Shown here: positions 29,072-44,000 of the stretch, in pieces
How the letters are laid out: the number at the start of each line of letters is the position of its first letter
Numbering within the stretch: position 1 is the stretch's first letter
DNA from: Eledone cirrhosa
Lineage: Eukaryota
Assembly (NCBI GenBank): GCA_964016885.1
Contig: OZ024745.1
Coordinates: forward strand, 20,770,001-20,834,000
Reading direction: 5' to 3'
DNA length: 64,000 nt
The notes under the pieces: model-generated
The model's database searches: none
What the model was told of the DNA's origin: nothing
The model's input: only the letters and a program-made list of their open reading frames with translations
Translations under genes and position numbers: made by a program

Positions 29072-29710
29072 ATGCGTGTGTATATGTATATATATATATG
29101 CATATATATATATATATATAAAGAGAGAAAGAGAGAGATAGGTAGATAGAGAGTGGGTGAGAGGGGGGGGGAGAGAAACAGAGATAAAAAGAGAGGGGCA
29201 GAGTGAATGAGAGAGACAGAGACATACAGACAATGAGAGGCAGGGAGACAAGGAGAAAGAGATATACGTGATTTAAAAGATACACGAATTATATTGTGAT
29301 CAATAGTTACGTCGTAATATATAGTTTTTGTTCACATTTATTTTGAGCTCAGTGTAGGTATTTGAGTATTGAACAGTCACTGACAGTCTCAGTGGAACGC
29401 AAGAAGAAGAAAGAAAGGAAACTCATAGTTTAAGTTTTAATAAACAGTTAGAATTAATATATAAACATTGGCTCGAAAACGAGGCTTATTTGAGGAGGTT
29501 CTAAGTTATTAGTATTAGTGTTTTTGAAAAAAGGGTATCACTTAATGTTCCGGGTTAGGTGTACATTAGATGCAGTAGTATTGATTAAAGAGAAACAAAA
29601 TGGTGGGGCGGGGACTTCATTGGTTGATTGTTAAATATGAATGCCGAATATTGTGAGACTTTTGTTACATGTTGTGACTGTGATATGCTTTAGGGATCCA
29701 TATAGCTTGC

Positions 29711-30271
29711 ATATCCCTTTCTCATTTCCAATTTCTCTCTTCCTCTCCCCCTCTCTCCTTCTCACACTTTTTGTCTCTGTCTCTGTCTCTCGCTATCTCT
29801 ATTTCTCTCTATTCTTGTCGGGAAGAAATCTGCTGTATTCAGACCTGGAGAAGAGATGGGCTCAGCTAGGTTTTTTTTTATAAATACCCTAGAAATGCCA
29901 CATGTCAATATGGCACCCCTACGACTTATCCAGGAGTTGTGGGTCCATACACTTATAGCTTATTCAGTAGTAAAGAAAAATACGTAATAGGTCCTGCCAA
30001 AAATCATTGAAACCCCTATATAAATAACAAGGATTACATTAATACCTCCCAGTGGCTTATAGCTTGATAAAACTTACGACTCGTCGGGAGTACTTGTTAA
30101 AGATATGTATGTGTCTGGTCATATAGCTTCTGAGAGACTCGTAGGGGCACCGTATTGACATATGGCGTTTCTATTTAAACCTAGTGGAGCCAATCCCCTC
30201 TCCAGGTCTGAATACAGCAGATTTCTTTCAGAGGAGATAGAGAGTGACGGAATGGAAGTAAGAAAGGGATA
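29711..30271. mobile_element. Foldback/MITE-like element with diverged inverted arms
   Basis: aagaaatctgctgtattcagacctggaga..cccctacga (29823-29924) against tcgtagggg..tctccaggtctgaatacagcagatttctt (30139-30227). Confidence 0.7.
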
Positions 30272-30771
30272 TAGAGGCAGAATCGATCTAAGTACTAGAC
30301 TGGTATATTTTTATCGATCTAGAATGGATGAAAGGCAAAGCTAACCTCGGTAGCATTTGAACTCAGAGAGTAGAGAGCCGAAACTATTACCGCAAAGAAT
30401 TATATCCTAACATCTAACGATTCGCCGCCATTTGTTAATGATATACAACATTATAAAGTCAACTCTTTCGACTTATCCATTCAGAATATTCTTCTACAAC
30501 AACTTTATTATCCATGATGCTGATATTTCCGAATCCCAGTTCCTTTTTACCGCTTAGCCAAAAGGTGTAGCAGAATTCATTTTATCATGGCGTCTGAGAC
30601 TAGTGGAAGAAAGGAAATAAGGAAAGGATGAAGGATGAAGGATGGAAGGAATTTATCCCCAAACCGCAAGTTTGGCTTGAATGCTTGCAACAGCGTGAAG
30701 TCTGCTAAAGAAACAACGCAATGGATTAATTCTACCTTCTAAGAATTCAGAATAATAGCAACATACGAATA

Positions 30772-31112
30772 ATAGCAACATACGAATAAGAACAGTCCTC
30801 ACCAATATGAACACCAACGCTACCACCGATAATAATACCACTACCAATATCAACCCTAACGCCAACAGCAATACTAACACCACAAGATACCAACACCAAC
30901 AGTAACATCAACAATAACACCAATAACAACACCAACATCATAGCAACATACGAATAAGAACAGCCCCACCATCACCAATATGAACACCAACGCTACCACC
31001 GATAATAATACCACTACCAATATCAATCCTAACGCCAACAGCAATACTAACACAACAAGATACCAACACCAACAGTAACATCAACAATAACACCAATAAC
31101 AAACACCAACAT
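30772..31112. repeat. Tandem duplication of about 170 bp, AC-rich
   Basis: Two copies starting tagcaacatacgaataagaacag. Confidence 0.9.
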
Positions 31113-32080
31113 CTATAATGACACTAGCACCAAAACCAATAATTCGATTATTCTTCCATCTGGAACTGATTCTTTAACTTAATCAGCCTCGTTAGGATAA
31201 AAATTAAAGTTGACTTTGATGGGATTTGAACTCGGGTATCAGAGAGCCGGAACAAACATCGTAAATCATTCTTCACATTGAAACACCTGTCAATTCGGTG
31301 CCTCGAATGTACTGATCGTTGTGTAAGAATTCTATTACAAGTACGAAATATATTTCTGCTGTTTCTTGTGTTGAAATTTTATGTTTGAATTTGTCTCTGG
31401 TTTTTATCAGTTTTGCTATTTTAGTTGTGCAATTTAAATGTTAACTCTACTTTGTATAATGTCTTACTTAGAACATTATAGAGTTAGTTTGTTGAATTTA
31501 TGTACTGCAGTATCTATATTAAGGATTTTACTGTTATTGACTTCTCTGAACGGTAATTTTGTCTCTTGGTGGAACCGATTAAACTTGGTTTGTATTTTAA
31601 TCATTTATCTGTGAATGAGTTGTGATTAATAATTGTTTCTACTTTTGGCACAAGGTCAGCAATTATCCAAGTGTATTACTGGTACTTTAATTAATAATGG
31701 GCAGCGGATCAGAGGAAAGTTATTTGATTCTGTCTTGTGCATGTAGTGCGAATTGGGGATATAATGATTGGCTAAACGTTATTGCGGTTTGGTAAAGTTT
31801 AGCATGATTGGCTGGTTAGATGGTTTCACTACTAATTGATTTCAGTTTCCAACTGTGGTGTACTTTGGTCAAATATATTCTAGTGTAGATTCGGATCAAC
31901 CAAATCCTTCTGGGTGAAAATAGATGTGAAATATGTGGAGAAAAATTCAGAGGAACAATTCATGTTTTGATGTCGTAGACTTAATTTTGTTATCTTGTTA
32001 ATTTGTTATCTTGTTAAACAGTTCTCAACTGGACTATCTGGGTACCTTAGCAGGTAGTCGTGGATTGCAGGTAATGGTGG

Positions 32081-35000
32081 CTAGGGCTTCGGATGTGAGG
32101 AGGGCTTTACAGATGGTATTGGTGGTAGTGGTGGCAATAGTGGTCTTACAGGTGGTATTGGTGGTAGTGGTAGCAATAGTGGTCTTACAGGTGGTATTGG
32201 TGGTAGTGGTAGCAATAGTGGTCTTACAGATGGTATTGGTGGTAGTGGTAGCAATAGTGGTCTTACAGGTGGTATTGGTGGTAGTGGTAGCAATAGTGGT
32301 TTTACAGGTGGTATTGGTGGTAGTGGTAGCAATAGTGGTCTTACAGATGGTATTGGTGGTAGTGGTAGCAATAGTGGTCTTACAGGTGGTATTGGTGGTA
32401 GTGGTAGCAATAGTGGTCTTACATGTGGTATTGGTGGTAGTGGTGGCAATAGTGGTCTTACAGGTGGTATTGGTGGTAGTGGTAGCATTAGTGGTCTTAC
32501 AGATGGTATTGGTGGTAGTGGTAGCAATAGTGGTAGCAATAGTGGTCTTACAGATGGTATTGGTGGTAGTGGTGGCAATAGTGGTCTTACAGATGGTATT
32601 GGTGGTAGTGGTGGCAATAGTGGTCTTACAGGTGGTATAGGTGGTAGTGGTAGCATTAGTGGTCTTACAGATGGTATTGGTGGTAGTGGTAGCAATAGTG
32701 GTAGCAATAGTGGTCTTACAGATGGTATTGGTGGTAGTGGTGGCAATAGTGGTCTTACAGATGGTATTGGTGGTAGTGGTGGCAATAGTGGTCTTACAGG
32801 TGGTATTGGTGGTAGTGGTAGCAATAGTGGTCTTACAGGTGGTATTGGTGGTAGTGGTAGCAATAGTGGTCTTACAGGTGGTATAGGTGGTAGTGGTAGC
32901 AATAGTGGTCTTACATGTGGTATTGGTGGTAGTGGTAGCAATAGTGGTCTTACATGTGGTATTGGTGGTAGTGGTAGCAATAGTGGTCTTACAGGTGGTA
33001 TTGGTGGTAGTGGTAGCAATAGTGGTCTTACATGTGGTATTGGTGGTAGTGGTAGCAATAGTGGTCTTACAGGTGGTATAGGTGGTAGTGGTAGCAATAG
33101 TGGTCTTACATGTGGTATTGGTGGTAGTGGTAGCATTAGTGGTCTTACAGATGGTATTGGTGGTAGTGGTAGCAATAGTGGTAGCAATAGTGGTCTTACA
33201 GATGGTATTGGTGGTAGTGGTGGCAATAGTGGTCTTACAGATGGTATTGGTGGTAGTGGTGGCAATAGTGGTCTTACAGGTGGTATTGATGGTAGTGGTA
33301 GCAATAGTGGTAGCATTAGTGGTCTTACAGATGGTATTGGTGGTAGTGGTGGCAATAGTGGTCTTACAGATGGTATTGGTGGTAGTGGTGGCAATAGTGG
33401 TCTTACAGGTGGTATAGGTGGTAGTGGTAGCATTAGTGGTCTTACAGATGGTATTGGTGGTAGTGGTAGCAATAGTGGTAGCAATAGTGGTCTTACAGAT
33501 GGTATTGGTGGTAGTGGTGGCAATAGTGGTCTTACAGATGGTATTGGTGGTAGTGGTGGCAATAGTGGTCTTACAGGTGGTATTGATGGTAGTGGTAGCA
33601 ATAGTGGTAGCATTAGTGGTCTTACAGATGGTATTGGTGGTAGTGGTAGCAATAGTGGTAGCAATAGTGGTCTTACAGATGGTATTGGTGGTAGTGGTAG
33701 CAATAGTGGTTTTACAGGTGGTATTGGTGGTAGTGGTAGCAATAGTGGTCTTACATGTGGTATTGGTGGTAGTGGTGGCAATAGTGGTCTTACAGGTGGT
33801 ATAGGTGGTAGTGGTAGCATTAGTGGTCTTACAGATGGTATTGGTGGTAGTGGTAGCAATAGTGGTAGCAATAGTGGTCTTACAGATGGTATTGGTGGTA
33901 GTGGTGGCAATAGTGGTCTTACAGATGGTATTGGTGGTAGTGGTGGCAATAGTGGTCTTACAGGTGGTATTGATGGTAGTGGTAGCAATAGTGGTAGCAT
34001 TAGTGGTCTTACAGATGGTATAGGTGGTAGTGGTAGCAATAGTGGTCTTACAGATGGTATTGGTGGTAGTGGTAGCAATAGTGGTCTTACAGATGGTATT
34101 GGTGGTAGTGGTAGCAATAGTGGTCTTACAGATGGTATAGGTGGTAGTGGTAGCAATAGTGGTCTTACAGATGGTATTGGTGGTAGTGGTGGCAATAGTG
34201 GTCTTACAGGTGGTATAGGTGGTAGTGGTAGCAATAGTGGTAGCAATAGTGGTCTTACAGATGGTATTGGTGGTAGTGGTAGCAATAGTGGTCTTACAGA
34301 TGGTATTGGTGGTAGTGGTAGCAATAGTGGTCTTACAGATGGTATTGGTGGTAGTGGTAGCAATAGTGGTCTTACAGATGGTATTGGTGGTAGTGGTGGC
34401 AATAGTGGTCTTACAGGTGGTATAGGTGGTAGTGGTAGCAATAGTGGTCTTACAGATGGTATTGGTGGTAGTGGTGGCAATAGTGGTCTTACAGGTGGTA
34501 TTGATGGTAGTGGTAGCAATAGTGGTAGCAATAGTGGTCTTACAGATGGTATTGGTGGTAGTGGTAGCAATAGTGGTCTTACAGATGGTATTGGTGGTAG
34601 TGGTAGCAATAGTGGTCTTACAGATGGTATTGGTGGTAGTGGTAGCAATAGTGGTCTTACAGATGGTATTGGTGGTAGTGGTGGCAATAGTGGTCTTACA
34701 GGTGGTATAGGTGGTAGTGGTAGCAATAGTGGTCTTACAGATGGTATTGGTGGTAGTGGTAGCAATAGTGGTCTTACAGATGGTATAGGTGGTAGTGGTA
34801 GCAATAGTGGTCTTACAGATGGTATTGGTGGTAGTGGTAGCAATAGTGGTCTTACAGATGGTATTGGTGGTAGTGGTGGCAATAGTGGTCTTACAGATGG
34901 TATTGGTGGTAGTGGTAGCAATAGTGGTCTTACAGATGGTATTGGTGGTAGTGGTGGCAATAGTGGTCTTACAGATGGTATTGGTGGTAGTGGTAGCAAT

Positions 35001-38000
35001 AGTGGTCTTACAGGTGGTATAGGTGGTAGTGGTAGCAATAGTGGTCTTACATGTTGTATTGGTGGTAGTGGTAGCAATAGTGGTCTTACAGGTGGTATAG
35101 GTGGTAGTGGTGGCAATAGTGGTCTTACAGGTGGTATTGGTGGTAGTGGTGGCAATAGTGGTCTTACAGCTGGTATTGGTGGTAGTGGTAGCAATATTGG
35201 TCTTACAGGTGGTATAGGTGGTAGTGGTAGCAATAGTGGTCTTACAGGTGGTATTGGTGGTAGTGGTGGTAATAGTGGTCTTACAGATGGTATTGGTGGT
35301 AGTGGTGGCAATAGTGGTCTTACAGATGGTATTGGTGGTAGTGGTAGCAATAGTGGTCTTACAGGTGGTATAGGTGGTAGTGGTAGCAATAGTGGTCTTA
35401 CAGGTGGTATTGATGGTAGTGGTAGCAATAGTGGTCTTACAGATGGTATTGGTGGTAGTGGTGGCAATAGTGGTCTTACAGGTGGTATTGGTGGTAGTGG
35501 TGGCAATAGTGGTCTTACAGGTGGTATTGGTGGTAGTGGTAGCATTAGTGGTCTTACAGATGGTATTGGTGGTAGTGGTAGCAATAGTGGTAGCAATAGT
35601 GGTCTTACAGATGGTATTGGTGGTAGTGGTGGCAATAGTGGTCTTACAGATGGTATTGGTGGTAGTGGTGGCAATAGTGGTCTTACAGGTGGTATAGGTG
35701 GTAGTGGTAGCATTAGTGGTCTTACAGATGGTATTGGTGGTAGTGGTAGCAATAGTGGTAGCAATAGTGGTCTTACAGATGGTATTGGTGGTAGTGGTGG
35801 CAATAGTGGTCTTACAGATGGTATTGGTGGTAGTGGTGGCAATAGTGGTCTTACAGGTGGTATTGGTGGTAGTGGTAGCAATAGTGGTCTTACAGGTGGT
35901 ATTGGTGGTAGTGGTAGCAATAGTGGTCTTACAGGTGGTATAGGTGGTAGTGGTAGCAATAGTGGTCTTACATGTGGTATTGGTGGTAGTGGTAGCAATA
36001 GTGGTCTTACATGTGGTATTGGTGGTAGTGGTAGCAATAGTGGTCTTACAGGTGGTATTGGTGGTAGTGGTAGCAATAGTGGTCTTACATGTGGTATTGG
36101 TGGTAGTGGTAGCAATAGTGGTCTTACAGGTGGTATAGGTGGTAGTGGTAGCAATAGTGGTCTTACATGTGGTATTGGTGGTAGTGGTAGCATTAGTGGT
36201 CTTACAGATGGTATTGGTGGTAGTGGTAGCAATAGTGGTAGCAATAGTGGTCTTACAGATGGTATTGGTGGTAGTGGTGGCAATAGTGGTCTTACAGATG
36301 GTATTGGTGGTAGTGGTGGCAATAGTGGTCTTACAGGTGGTATTGATGGTAGTGGTAGCAATAGTGGTAGCATTAGTGGTCTTACAGATGGTATTGGTGG
36401 TAGTGGTGGCAATAGTGGTCTTACAGATGGTATTGGTGGTAGTGGTGGCAATAGTGGTCTTACAGGTGGTATAGGTGGTAGTGGTAGCATTAGTGGTCTT
36501 ACAGATGGTATTGGTGGTAGTGGTAGCAATAGTGGTAGCAATAGTGGTCTTACAGATGGTATTGGTGGTAGTGGTGGCAATAGTGGTCTTACAGATGGTA
36601 TTGGTGGTAGTGGTGGCAATAGTGGTCTTACAGGTGGTATTGATGGTAGTGGTAGCAATAGTGGTAGCATTAGTGGTCTTACAGATGGTATTGGTGGTAG
36701 TGGTAGCAATAGTGGTAGCAATAGTGGTCTTACAGATGGTATTGGTGGTAGTGGTAGCAATAGTGGTTTTACAGGTGGTATTGGTGGTAGTGGTAGCAAT
36801 AGTGGTCTTACATGTGGTATTGGTGGTAGTGGTGGCAATAGTGGTCTTACAGGTGGTATAGGTGGTAGTGGTAGCATTAGTGGTCTTACAGATGGTATTG
36901 GTGGTAGTGGTAGCAATAGTGGTAGCAATAGTGGTCTTACAGATGGTATTGGTGGTAGTGGTGGCAATAGTGGTCTTACAGATGGTATTGGTGGTAGTGG
37001 TGGCAATAGTGGTCTTACAGGTGGTATTGATGGTAGTGGTAGCAATAGTGGTAGCATTAGTGGTCTTACAGATGGTATAGGTGGTAGTGGTAGCAATAGT
37101 GGTCTTACAGATGGTATTGGTGGTAGTGGTAGCAATAGTGGTCTTACAGATGGTATTGGTGGTAGTGGTAGCAATAGTGGTCTTACAGATGGTATAGGTG
37201 GTAGTGGTAGCAATAGTGGTCTTACAGATGGTATTGGTGGTAGTGGTGGCAATAGTGGTCTTACAGGTGGTATAGGTGGTAGTGGTAGCAATAGTGGTAG
37301 CAATAGTGGTCTTACAGATGGTATTGGTGGTAGTGGTAGCAATAGTGGTCTTACAGATGGTATTGGTGGTAGTGGTAGCAATAGTGGTCTTACAGATGGT
37401 ATTGGTGGTAGTGGTAGCAATAGTGGTCTTACAGATGGTATTGGTGGTAGTGGTGGCAATAGTGGTCTTACAGGTGGTATAGGTGGTAGTGGTAGCAATA
37501 GTGGTCTTACAGATGGTATTGGTGGTAGTGGTGGCAATAGTGGTCTTACAGGTGGTATTGATGGTAGTGGTAGCAATAGTGGTAGCAATAGTGGTCTTAC
37601 AGATGGTATTGGTGGTAGTGGTAGCAATAGTGGTCTTACAGATGGTATTGGTGGTAGTGGTAGCAATAGTGGTCTTACAGATGGTATTGGTGGTAGTGGT
37701 AGCAATAGTGGTCTTACAGATGGTATTGGTGGTAGTGGTGGCAATAGTGGTCTTACAGGTGGTATAGGTGGTAGTGGTAGCAATAGTGGTCTTACAGATG
37801 GTATTGGTGGTAGTGGTAGCAATAGTGGTCTTACAGATGGTATAGGTGGTAGTGGTAGCAATAGTGGTCTTACAGATGGTATTGGTGGTAGTGGTAGCAA
37901 TAGTGGTCTTACAGATGGTATTGGTGGTAGTGGTGGCAATAGTGGTCTTACAGATGGTATTGGTGGTAGTGGTAGCAATAGTGGTCTTACAGATGGTATT

Positions 38001-41000
38001 GGTGGTAGTGGTGGCAATAGTGGTCTTACAGATGGTATTGGTGGTAGTGGTAGCAATAGTGGTCTTACAGGTGGTATAGGTGGTAGTGGTAGCAATAGTG
38101 GTCTTACATGTTGTATTGGTGGTAGTGGTAGCAATAGTGGTCTTACAGGTGGTATAGGTGGTAGTGGTGGCAATAGTGGTCTTACAGGTGGTATTGGTGG
38201 TAGTGGTGGCAATAGTGGTCTTACAGCTGGTATTGGTGGTAGTGGTAGCAATATTGGTCTTACAGGTGGTATAGGTGGTAGTGGTAGCAATAGTGGTCTT
38301 ACAGGTGGTATTGGTGGTAGTGGTGGTAATAGTGGTCTTACAGATGGTATTGGTGGTAGTGGTGGCAATAGTGGTCTTACAGATGGTATTGGTGGTAGTG
38401 GTAGCAATAGTGGTCTTACAGGTGGTATAGGTGGTAGTGGTAGCAATAGTGGTCTTACAGGTGGTATTGATGGTAGTGGTAGCAATAGTGGTCTTACAGA
38501 TGGTATTGGTGGTAGTGGTGGCAATAGTGGTCTTACAGGTGGTATTGGTGGTAGTGGTGGCAATAGTGGTCTTACAGATGGTATTGGTGGTAGTGGTGGC
38601 AATAGTGGTCTTACAGGTGGTATTGGTGGTAGTGGTGGCAATAGTGGTCTTACAGGTGGTATTGGTGGTAGTGGTGGTAATAGTGGTCTTACAGATGGTA
38701 TTGGTGGTAGTGGTGGCAATAGTGGTCTTACAGGTGGTATTGGTGGTAGTGGTGGCAATAGTGGTCTTACAGGTGGTATTGGTGGTAGTGGTGGTAATAG
38801 TGGTCTTACAGATGGTATTGGTGGTAGTGGTAGCAATAGTGGTCTTACAGGTGGTATTGGTGGTAGTGGTGGCAATAGTGGTCTTACAGGTGGTATTGGT
38901 GGTAGTGGTGGCAATAGTGGTCTTACAGGTGGTATTGGTGGTAGTGGTGGTAATAGTGGTCTTACAGATGGTATTGGTGGTAGTGGTGGCAATAGTGGTC
39001 TTACAGGTGGTATTGGTGGTAGTGGTGGCAATAGTGGTCTTACAGGTGGTATTGGTGGTAGTGGTGGTAATAGTGGTCTTACAGATGGTATTGGTGGTAG
39101 TGGTAGCAATAGTGGTCTTACAGGTGGTATTGATGGTAGTGGTGGTAATAGTGGTCTTACAGGTGGTATTGATGGTAGTGGTAGCAATAGTGGTAGCAAT
39201 AGTGGTCTTACAGGTGGTATTGGTGGTAGTGGTAGCAATAGTGGTCTTACAGATGGTATTGGTGGTAGTGGTGGCAATAGTGGTCTTACAGGTGGTATTG
39301 GTGGTAGTGGTGGTAATAGTGGTCTTACAGGTGGTATTGATGGTAGTGGTAGCAATAGTGGTAGCAATAGTGGTCTTACAGGTGGTATAGGTGGTAGTGG
39401 TGGAAATAGTGGTCTTACAGGTGGTATTGGTGGTAATGGTAGCAATAGTGGTCTTACAGGTGGTATTGGTGGTAGTGGTAGCAATATGGTCTTACAGGTG
39501 GTATAGGTGGTAATGGTAGCAATAGTGGTCTTACAGGTGGTATAGGTGGTAGTGGTGGCAATAGTGGTCTTACAGGTGGTATAGGTGGTAGTGGTGGCAA
39601 TAGTGGTCTTACAGGTGGTATTGGTGGTAGTGGTGGCAATAGTGGTCTTACAGGTGGTATTGGTGGTAGTGGTGGCAATAGTGGTCTTACAGGTGGTATT
39701 GGTGGTAGTGGTAGCAATATGGTCTTACAGGTGGTATTGGTGGTAATGGTAGCAATAGTGGTCTTACAGATGGTATTGGTGGTAGTGGTGGCAATAGTGG
39801 TCTTACAGGTGGTATTGGTGGTAGTGGTGGCAATAGTGGTCTTACAGGTGGTATTGGTGGTAGTGGTGGCAATAGTGGTCTTACAGGTGGTATTGGTGGT
39901 AGTGGTAGCAATATGGTCTTACAGGTGGTATAGGTGGTAGTGGTGGCAATAGTGGTCTTACAGGTGGTATAGGTGGTAGTGGTAGCAATATGGTCTTACA
40001 GGTGGTATAGGTGGTAATGGTAGCAATAGTGGTCTTACAGGTGGTATAGGTGGTAGTGGTGGCAATAGTGGTCTTACAGGTGGTATTGGTGGTAGTGGTA
40101 GCAATAGTGGTCTTACAGATGGTATTGGTGGTAGTGGTAGCAATAGTGGTCTTACAGATGGTATTGGTGGTAGTGGTAGCAATAGTGGTCTTACATGTGG
40201 TATAGGTGGTAGTGGTAGCAATAGTGGTCTTACAGATGGTATTGGTGGTAGTGGTAGCAATAGTGGTCTTACAGATGGTATTGGTGGTAGTGGTAGCAAT
40301 AGTGGTCTTACATGTGGTATAGGTGGTAGTGGTAGCAATAGTGGTCTTACAGATGGTATTGGTGGTAGTGGTAGCAATAGTGGTCTTACAGATGGTATTG
40401 GTGGTAGTGGTGGCAATAGTGGTCTTACAGGTGGTATTGGTGGTAGTGGTAGCAATAGTGGTCTTACAGATGGTATTGGTGGTAGTGGTGGCAATAGTGG
40501 TCTTACAGGTGGTATTGGTGGTAGTGGTAGCATTAGTGGTCTTACAGGTGGTATTGGTGGTAGTGGTAGCAATAGTGGTCTTACAGATGGTATTGATGGT
40601 AGTGGTAGCAATAGTGGTCTTACAGGTGGTATAGGTGGTAGTGGTAGCAATAGTGGTCTTACAGGTGGTATAGGTGGTAGTGGTGGCAATAGTGGTCTTA
40701 CAGGTGGTATAGGTGGTAGTGGTGGTAATAGTGGTCTTACATGTGGTATAGGTGGTAGTGCTAGCAATAGTGGTCTTACAGGTGGTATAGGTGGTAGTGG
40801 TGGTAATACTGGTCTTACAGATGGTATTGGTGTTAGTGGTAGCAATAGTGGTCTCACGGGTGGTATTGGTGGTAGTGGTAGCAATAGTGGTCTTACATGT
40901 GGTATTGGTGGTAGTGGTAGCAATAGTGGTCTTACAGATGGTATTGGTGGTAGTGGTAGCAATAGTGGTCTCACGGGTGGTATTGGTGGTAGTGGTAGCA

Positions 41001-44000
41001 ATAGTGGTCTTACATGTGGTATTGGTGGTAGTGGTAGCAATAGTGGTCTTACAGATGGTATTGGTGGTAGTGGTAGCAATAGTGGTCTCACGGGTGGTAT
41101 TGGTGGTAGTGGTAGCAATAGTGGTCTTACATGTGGTATTGGTGGTAGTGGTAGCAATAGTGGTCTTACAGATGGTATTGGTGGTAGTGGTAGCAATAGT
41201 GGTCTCACGGGTGGTATTGGTGGTAGTGGTAGCAATAGTAGTCTTACATGTGGTATTGGTGGTAGTGGTAGCAATAGTGGTCTTACAGATGGTATTGGTG
41301 GTAGTGGTAGCAATAGTGGTCTCACGGGTGGTATTGGTGGTAGTGGTAGCAATAGTGGTCTTACATGTGGTATTGGTGGTAGTGGTAGCAATAGTGGTCT
41401 TACAGATGGTATTGGTGGTAGTGGTAGCAATAGTGGTCTCACGGGTGGTATTGGTGGTAGTGGTAGCAATAGTGGTCTTACATGTGGTATTGGTGGTAGT
41501 GGTAGCAATAGTGGTCTTACAGATGGTATTGGTGGTAGTGGTAGCAATAGTGGTCTCACGGGTGGTATTGGTGGTAGTGGTAGCAATAGTGGTCTTACAT
41601 GTGGTATTGGTGGTAGTGGTAGCAATAGTGGTCTTACAGGTGGTATAGGTGGTAGTGGTGGTAATAGTGGTCTTACATGTGGTATTGGTGGTAGTGGTAG
41701 CAATAGTAGTCTTACAGGTGGTATTGGTGGTAGTGGTAGCAATAGTAGTCTTACAGGTGGTATTGGTGGTAGTGGTGGTAATAGTGGTCTTACATGTGGT
41801 ATTGGTGGTAGTGGTAGCAATAGTGGTCTTACAGGTGGTATTGGTGGTAGTGGTAGCAATAGTGGTCTTACAGGTGGTATTGGTGGTAGTGGTAGCAATA
41901 GTGGTCTTACAGGTGGTATAGGTGGTAGTGGTAGCAATAGTGGTCTTACATGTGGTATTGGTGGTAGTGGTAGCAATAGTGGTCTTACAGGTGGTATTGG
42001 TGGTAGTGGTAGCAATAGTGGTCTTACAGATGGTATAGGTGGTAGTGGTAGCAATAGTGGTCTTACAGGTGGTATTGGTGGTAGTGGTAGCAATAGTGGT
42101 CTTACAGGTGGTATTGGTGGTAGTGGTAGCAATAGTGGTCTTACAGGTGGTATAGGTGGTAGTGGTAGCAATAGTGGTCTTACAGGTGGTATAGGTGGTA
42201 GTAGTAGCATTAGTGGTCTTACAGGTGGTATTGGTGGTAGTGGTAGCAATAGTGGTCTTACAGGTGGTATTGGTGGTAGTGGTAGCAATAGTGGTCTTAC
42301 ATGTGGTATAGGTGGTAGTGGTAGCAATAGTGGTCTTACAGGTGGTATAGGTGGTAGTGGTAGCAATAGTGGTCTTACAGGTGGTATAGGTGGTAGTGGT
42401 AGCAATAGTGGTCTTACAGGTGGTATAGGTGGTAGTGGTAGCAATAGTGGTCTTACAGATGGTATAGGTGGTAGTGGTGGCAATAGTGGTCTTACAGGTG
42501 GTATTGGTGGTAGTGGTGGTAATAGTGGTCTTACAGGTGGTATTGGTGGTAGTGGTAGCAATAGTGGTCTTACAGGTGGTATAGGTGGTAGTGGTGGAAA
42601 TAGTGGTCTTACATGTGGTATAGGTGGTAGTGGTAGCAATATTTGTTTTACAGGCGGTATTGGTGTTAGTGGTAGCAATAGTGGTCTTACAGGTGGTATA
42701 GGTGGTAGTGGTAGCAATAGTGGTCTTACAGATGGTATTGGTGTTAGTGGTAGCAATAGTGGTCTTACAGATGGTATTGGTGGTAGTGGTAGCAATAGTG
42801 GTCTTACAGATGGTATAGGTGGTAGTGGTAGCAATAGTGGTCTTACAGATGGTATAGGTGGTAGTGGTAGCAATAGTGGTCTTACAGATGGTATTGGTGG
42901 TAGTGGTAGCAATAGTGGTCTTACAGATGGTATTGGTGGTAGTGGTAGCAATAGTGGTCTTACAGATGGTATTGGTGGTAGTGGTAGCAATAGTGGTCTT
43001 ACAGATGGTATAGGTGGTAGTGGTAGCAATAGTGGTCTTACAGATGGTATAGGTGGTAGTGGTAGCAATAGTGGTCTTACAGATGGTATTGGTGGTAGTG
43101 GTAGCAATAGTGGTCTTACAGATGGTATAGGTGGTAGTGGTAGCAATAGTGGTCTTACAGGTGGTATAGGTGGTAGTGGTAGCATTAGTGGTCTTACAGA
43201 TGGTATTGGTGGTAGTGGTAGCAATAGTGGTCTTACAGGTGGTATAGGTGGTAGTGGTAGCATTAGTGGTCTTACAGATGGTATTGGTGGTAGTGGTAGC
43301 AATAGTGGTCTTACAGATGGTATAGGTGGTAGTGGTAGCAATAGTGGTCTTACAGATGGTATAGGTGGTAGTGGTAGCATTAGTGGTCTTACAGATGGTA
43401 TTGGTGGTAGTGGTAGCATTAGTGGTCTTACAGATGGTATAGGTGGTAGTGGTAGCAATAGTGGTCTTACAGATGGTATAGGTGGTAGTGGTAGCAATAG
43501 TGGTCTTACAGATGGTATAGGTGGTAGTGGTGGCAATAGTGGTCTTACAGATGGTATAGGTGGTAGTGGTGGTAATAGTGGTCTTACAGATGGTATTGGT
43601 GGTAGTGGTAGCAATAGTGGTCTTACAGATGGTATTGGTGGTAGTGGTAGCAATAGTGGTCTTACAGATGGTATAGGTGGTAGTGGTAGCAATAGTGGTC
43701 TTACAGATGGTATTGGTGGTAGTGGTAGCAATAGTGGTCTTACAGATGGTATAGGTGGTAGTGGTAGCAATAGTGGTCTTACAGATGGTATTGGTGGTAG
43801 TGGTAGCAATAGTTGTCTTACAGATGGTATAGGTGGTAGTGGTAGCAATAGTGGTCTTACAGATGGTATTGGTGGTAGTGGTAGCATTAGTGGTCTTACA
43901 GCTGGTATAGGTGGTAGTGGTAGCAATAGTGGTCTTACAGATGGTATAGGTGGTAGTGGTAGCAATAGTGGTCTTACAGATGGTATAGGTGGTAGTGGTA

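Noticed and set aside
31750-31815. Clustered ATTGG (inverted CCAAT) motifs, plus a GC box near 29605
   Set aside because: Short motifs expected by chance, with no evidence of a transcription start.
32022-32070. Possible 49-nt plus-strand exon (ttgttaaacAG..cagGTAATG)
   Set aside because: The splice-like signals are plausible but no partner exons or recognisable peptide were found. Kept only as an alternative in which the array is intronic.
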